Of a stretch of DNA of 64,000 nt, positions 59,423 through 64,000 are shown in pieces; position 1 is the first letter of the stretch; each line of letters opens with the position of its first letter. Source of the DNA: Mobula hypostoma (lineage: Eukaryota); NCBI RefSeq assembly GCF_963921235.1, contig NC_086097.1, positions 21,392,001-21,456,000 on the forward strand, read 5' to 3'. The position numbers and the translations under genes were made by a program. A model generated the notes under the pieces. That model searched no databases. It saw nothing but the letters and a program-made list of their open reading frames with translations, and was not told the origin of the DNA.

Positions 59423-62077
59423 CGGTAGCATAGTAGTGAGTACAACGTTTTACAGTACAGGTGATCTGCATTCAATTCCTGTTGCTGTCTGTACGAAGTT
59501 TGTACCTTCTCCCCCATGACCATGTGGGTTTTGTCCATGCGCAGCGGTTTCCTCCCACAGTCCAAAGATGTGCCGGCTGGGAGGTTAGATCGTGGTAAAT
59601 TGTCCCATGATTAGGCTAGGATTAAATCGGGAGATTGCCGGGTGGCATGTAGGATTAAATCGGGAGATTGCTGGATGGCATGTAGGATTAGATGGGGAGA
59701 TTGCTGGGTGGCATGTAGGATTAGATGGGGAGATTGCTGGATGGCATGTAGGATTAGATGGGGAGATTGCCGGGTGGCATGTAGGATTAAATCGGGAGAT
59801 TGCTGGATGGCATGTAGGATTAGATGGGGAGATTGCTGGGTGGCATGTAGGATTAGATGGGGAGATTGCTGGATGGCATGTAGGATTAGATGGGGAGATT
59901 GCCAGGTGGCATGTAGGATTAAATCGGGAGATTGCTGGGTGGCATATAGGATTAGATGGGGAGATTGCGGGGTGGCATGTAGGATTAAATCGGGAGATTG
60001 CTGGGTGGCATGTAGGATTAGATGAGGAGATTGCCGGGTGGCATGTAGGATTAGATGGGGAGATTGCCGGGTGGCATGTAGGATTAAATCGGGGGATTGC
60101 TGGGTGGCATGTAGGATTAGATGGGGAGATTGCTGGGTGGCATGTAGGATTAGATGGGGAGATTGCTGGATGGCATGTAGGATTAGATGGGGAGATTGCC
60201 GGGTGGCATGTAGGATTAGATGGGGAGATTGCTGGGTGGCATGTAGGATTAGATGGGGAGATTGCTGGGTGGCAAGTAGGATTAGATGGGGAGATTGCTG
60301 GGTGGCATGTAGGATTAAATCGGGAGATTGCTGGGTGGCATGTAGGATTAGATGGGGAGATTGCTGGGTGGCATGTAGGATTAGATGGGGAGATTGCCGG
60401 GTGGCATGTAGGATTAGATGGGGAGATTGCCGGGTGGCATGTAGGATTAGATGGGGAGATTGCTGGGTGGCATGTAGGATTAGATGGGGAGATTGCTGGG
60501 TGGCATGTAGGATTAGATGGGGAGATTGCTGGGTGGCGTGTAGGATTAGATGGGGAGATTGCTGGATGGCATGTAGGATTAGATGGGGAGATTGCCGGGT
60601 GGCATGTAGGATTAAATCGGGAGATTGCTGGGTGGCATGTAGGATTAGATGGGGAGATTGCTGGGTGGCATGTAGGATTAAATCGGGGGATTGCTGGGTG
60701 GCATGTAGGATTAGATGGGGAGATTGCTGGGTGGCATGTAGGATTAGATGGGGAGATTGCTGGGTGGCATGTAGGATTAAATCGGGAGATTGCTGGGTGG
60801 CATGTAGGATTAGATGGGGAGATTGCTGGGTGGCATGTAGGATTAGATGGGGAGATTGCTGGGTGGCATGTAGGATTAAATCGGGAGATTGCTGGGTGGC
60901 ATGTAGGATTAGATGAGGAGATTGCTGGGTGGCATGTAGGATTAAATCGGGGGATTGTTGGGTGGCATGTAGGATTAGATGGGGGGATTGCTGGGTGGCA
61001 TGTAGGATTAGATGGGGAGATTGCCAGGTGGCATGTAGGATTAGATGAGGAGATTGCCGGGTGGCATGTAGGATTAGATGAGGAGATTGCCGGGTGGCAT
61101 GTAGGATTAGATGAGGAGATTGCCGGGTGGCATGCAGGATTAGATGGGGAGATTGCTGGGTGGCATGTAGGATTAGATGGGGAGATTGCTGGGTGGCATG
61201 TAGGATTAGATGGGGAGATTGCTGGGTGGCATGTAGGATTAGATGGGGAGATTGCTGGATGGCATGTAGGATTAGATGGGGAGATTGCCGGGTGGCATGT
61301 AGGATTAAATCGGGAGATTGCTGGGTGGCATGTAGGATTAGATGGGGAGATTGCTGGGTGGCATGTAGGATTAAATCGGGGGATTGCTGGGTGGCATGTA
61401 GGATTAGATGGGGAGATTGCTGGGTGGCATGTAGGATTAGATGGGGAGATTGCGGTGTGGCATGTAGGATTAAATCGGGAGATTGCTGGGTGGCATGTAG
61501 GATTAGATGAGGAGATTGCTGGGTGGCATGTAGGATTAAATCGGGGGATTGTTGGGTGGCATGTAGGATTAGATGGGGGGATTGCTGGGTGGCATGTAGG
61601 ATTAGATGAGGAGATTGCCGGGTGGCATGTAGGATTAGATGAGGAGATTGCCGGGTGGCATGTAGGATTAGATGAGGAGATTGCTGGGTGGCATGTAGGA
61701 TTAGATGAGGAGATTGCCGGGTGGCATGTAGGATTAAATCGGGGGATTGCTGGGTGGCATGTAGGATTAGATGGGGGATTGCTGGGTGGCATGTAGGATT
61801 AGATGGGGAGATTGCTGGGTGGCATGTAGGATTAGATGGGGAGATTGCTGGGTGGCATGTAGGATTAGATGGGGAGATTGCTGGGTGGCATGTAGGCTTA
61901 AATCGGGGGATTGCTGGGTGGCATGTAGGATTAGATGGGGAGATTGCTGGGTGGCATGTAGGATTAGATGGGGAGATTGCTGGGTGGCATGTAGGATTAA
62001 ATCGGGGGATTGCTGGGTGGCATGGATTGAAGGGTCAGAATGACCTATTCTGCATTGTATCTCAATAAATAAAAAAA
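59423..62077 (+). mobile_element. V-SINE whose tail is split by a minisatellite
   Basis: Head and V-domain at 59423-59616 (GGTTTCCTCCCACAGTCCAAAGATGTGC); 3' end at 62025-62077 ending AATAAATAAAAAAA. Confidence 0.8.
59617..62024 (+). repeat. 33-bp minisatellite, 73 units
   Basis: Consensus TAGGATTAGATGGGGAGATTGCTGGGTGGCATG; 2408 bp = 73 x 33 minus one 1-bp deletion near 61775. Confidence 0.98.
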
Positions 62078-62189
62078 TCTTTCAACAAAGCATGTTTCAT
62101 TGACCTGAATTCTGTTCCCCAATGCTAAGATGGTACCTGAACTGCTGAGTCTTTCTGGCATTTTCGGTGTCCTTCTAGGATTCGACTGA

Positions 62190-62490
62190 GGCCACGACTT
62201 CAGGACTGAAAGACGTCCTTTTAGAACTGAGATGTGGAGAAATTACTTTAGTCAGAGGATGATAAATCTGTGGAATTTATTGCCACAAGTGGCTGTGGAG
62301 GCCAAGTCACTGGGTGTATTTAAGGCAGAGATAGATAGGTTCTTGATTAGCCAGGGTATCAAAGGGTATGGGGTGAAAGCAGGGGAGTGGGGATGACTGG
62401 ATGAATTGGATCAGCCCATGATTGAAAGGTGGAGCAGACTTGATGGGCTGAATGGCTTACTTCTGCTCCTATATCTTATGGTCTTATGAT
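62190..62490 (+). mobile_element. CR1 3' end
   Basis: RPFRTEMWRNYFSQR; (TCTTATGG)n tail. Confidence 0.85.
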
Positions 62491-63199
62491 TCCAGCATCT
62501 GCAATATTTTGTTTTTGGACTTTTGAGCACAATAACCTAACCAAGCGTTGAAGTGTCGTAGTGAGGGTGTGCTACACTGTTGGAGATGCTGCCTTTCAGA
62601 TGTTAAATTGAGGCTTTCTCTGCTCCCTCACAAGAAGATGTTAGAATATAGAACATAGAGCAGTACAGCACAGGACAGGACCTTCGACCCAAAATGTTCT
62701 GCTGACCTTTTCAACTACTCCAAGAGCAATATAATGCTTCCCTCCCACAGAGCCCTTCAGTTTTCTATCATTCAAGAACCTGTCTGAGTCCTTTAAATGT
62801 TCATGATGTATCTGCCTCCACCTCCTCTGGCAGTAAGTTCCAGATACACACGACTTTCTTTGTAAAAACCTAACTCTGACATTTTCCTCCAATCACTTTA
62901 AAATCACGCGCTCTTTTATTAGCTACGTATTTCCACTCTGGTGGAAAATGCGCCGACTGTCTTCTGTGTTTATCCTGCAAGCTTCAGCTTTCCACTTGGA
63001 CTTCACCCATCTGATTCCTTATGCTATGTTTCCATTACTTTGGTTTACAAAGAGTAAAACAAGTTTGTTTTAATTGCTGGGAGTTTCCTAGCTGACTTCT
63101 CTTAATCTTGCACATTGGTTATTTGTCCATCTTTATTGTGTGCAGTTTTTCATCAATTCTATTGTGTTTCTTTGTACCTTCTGTGAATGACTGTAAGAA

Positions 63200-63640
63200 A
63201 TGCTACAGAAAGTTGTAAAATTAATCAGCTCTTCTTGGGTACTAGCCTCTGTAGCATCCAGGACATCTTTAAGGAGCAGTGCCTCAGAAAGGGGGCGTCC
63301 ATCATTCAGGACCCCCATCACCCAGGGCATGCCCTCTTCTCATTGTTACCATCAGGAAGGAGGTACAGAAGCCTGAAGGCACACACTCAGTGATTCAGGA
63401 ACAGATTCTTCCTCTCTGCTGTCCGATTCCTAAATGGACATTGAACCCATGAACATTACCTGATCTTTATTATTTTTGTTTTTGCACTATTTTAATTTAA
63501 CTATTTAATATATATATACTTACTGTCATTGACTTACTTTATTTTTCCTATTTTATCATATATTGCATTGTACTGCTGCTGCTAAGTTAACAAGTTTCAC
63601 AACATATGCCAGCGATATTAAATCCGATTCTGTTTCTGAA
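63200..63640 (+). mobile_element. Rex-Babar-type LINE 3' end
   Basis: IQDPHHPGHALFSLLPSGRRYRSLKAHTQ; same family as 2190-3280. Confidence 0.85.
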
Positions 63641-63660
63641 AGTGAATCTCCCATGACATA

Positions 63661-64000
63661 CAGTACCTATAAAAAGTATTCACCCCCCTCCCCGGAAGTT
63701 TACACGCTTTATTGTTTTACAACATTGAATCCCAGTGGATTAAATTTGGCTTTTTTTTTTGACACTGATCAACAGAAAAGGGCTCTTTCGTGTCAAAGTG
63801 AAAACAGATCTCTACGAAGTGATCTAAATTAATTACAAATATGAAATGCAAAATAATTGATTACATAAGTATTCACCCACTTAATATGATATGCCAAATC
63901 ATTACTGGTGTAGCCAATTGGTTTTAGAAGTCACATAATTAGTTAAATGGAGATCACTTGTGCATAGCCACGGTGTTTCAATTGATTGTAGTAAAACTAC
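63661..64000 (+). mobile_element. Left end of a Tc1 transposon (runs off the window)
   Basis: TA|CAGTACCTATAAAAAGTATTCACCCC terminus; inner direct repeat AAGTATTCACCC near 63867. Confidence 0.85.

Noticed and set aside
59585..61796. 734-aa and 735-aa ORFs on opposite strands (GLDGEIAGWHV / SPSNPTCHPAI repeats) as a novel repeat protein
   Set aside because: They follow automatically from a 33-bp unit lacking stops in those frames. The array sits inside a SINE, has a frameshifting deletion near 61775, and has no unique coding flanks or splice signals.
59617..62024. CRISPR-like array
   Set aside because: Units are head-to-tail with no unique spacers, there are no cas genes, and the context is eukaryotic.

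Overview
Repeat-dense eukaryotic DNA, most likely intronic or intergenic sequence from a cartilaginous fish (probably a ray). This is inferred from the mix of CR1, Rex-Babar and L2 LINEs, Penelope-like elements (PLEs), V-SINEs and Deu-domain SINEs; the species was not verified. No host protein-coding gene could be supported, and nearly all long ORFs are transposon remnants or tandem-repeat read-through. Best-supported structures: (1) a 652-bp miniature LTR retroelement (TRIM-like) at 34237-34888 with two 166-bp LTRs, a Leu-type PBS, a PPT and a 5-bp TSD; (2) an adjacent internally deleted endogenous retrovirus at 35364-39886; (3) a hAT transposon at 8962-10851 with TIRs and an 8-bp TSD, whose open ORF fuses the zinc finger directly to the dimerisation domain; (4) a 1.57-kb fold-back Penelope insertion at 11261-12827 with a 14-bp TSD and minimal hammerhead ribozyme motifs, plus smaller PLE fold-backs; (5) a young tRNA-derived SINE with a 17-bp TSD at 16702-17043; (6) a 73 x 33-bp minisatellite that expanded inside a V-SINE tail at 59617-62024; (7) hAT MITEs and Tc1 derivatives. 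Family names come from motif recognition by eye, not database searches. Boundaries without a TSD are approximate.
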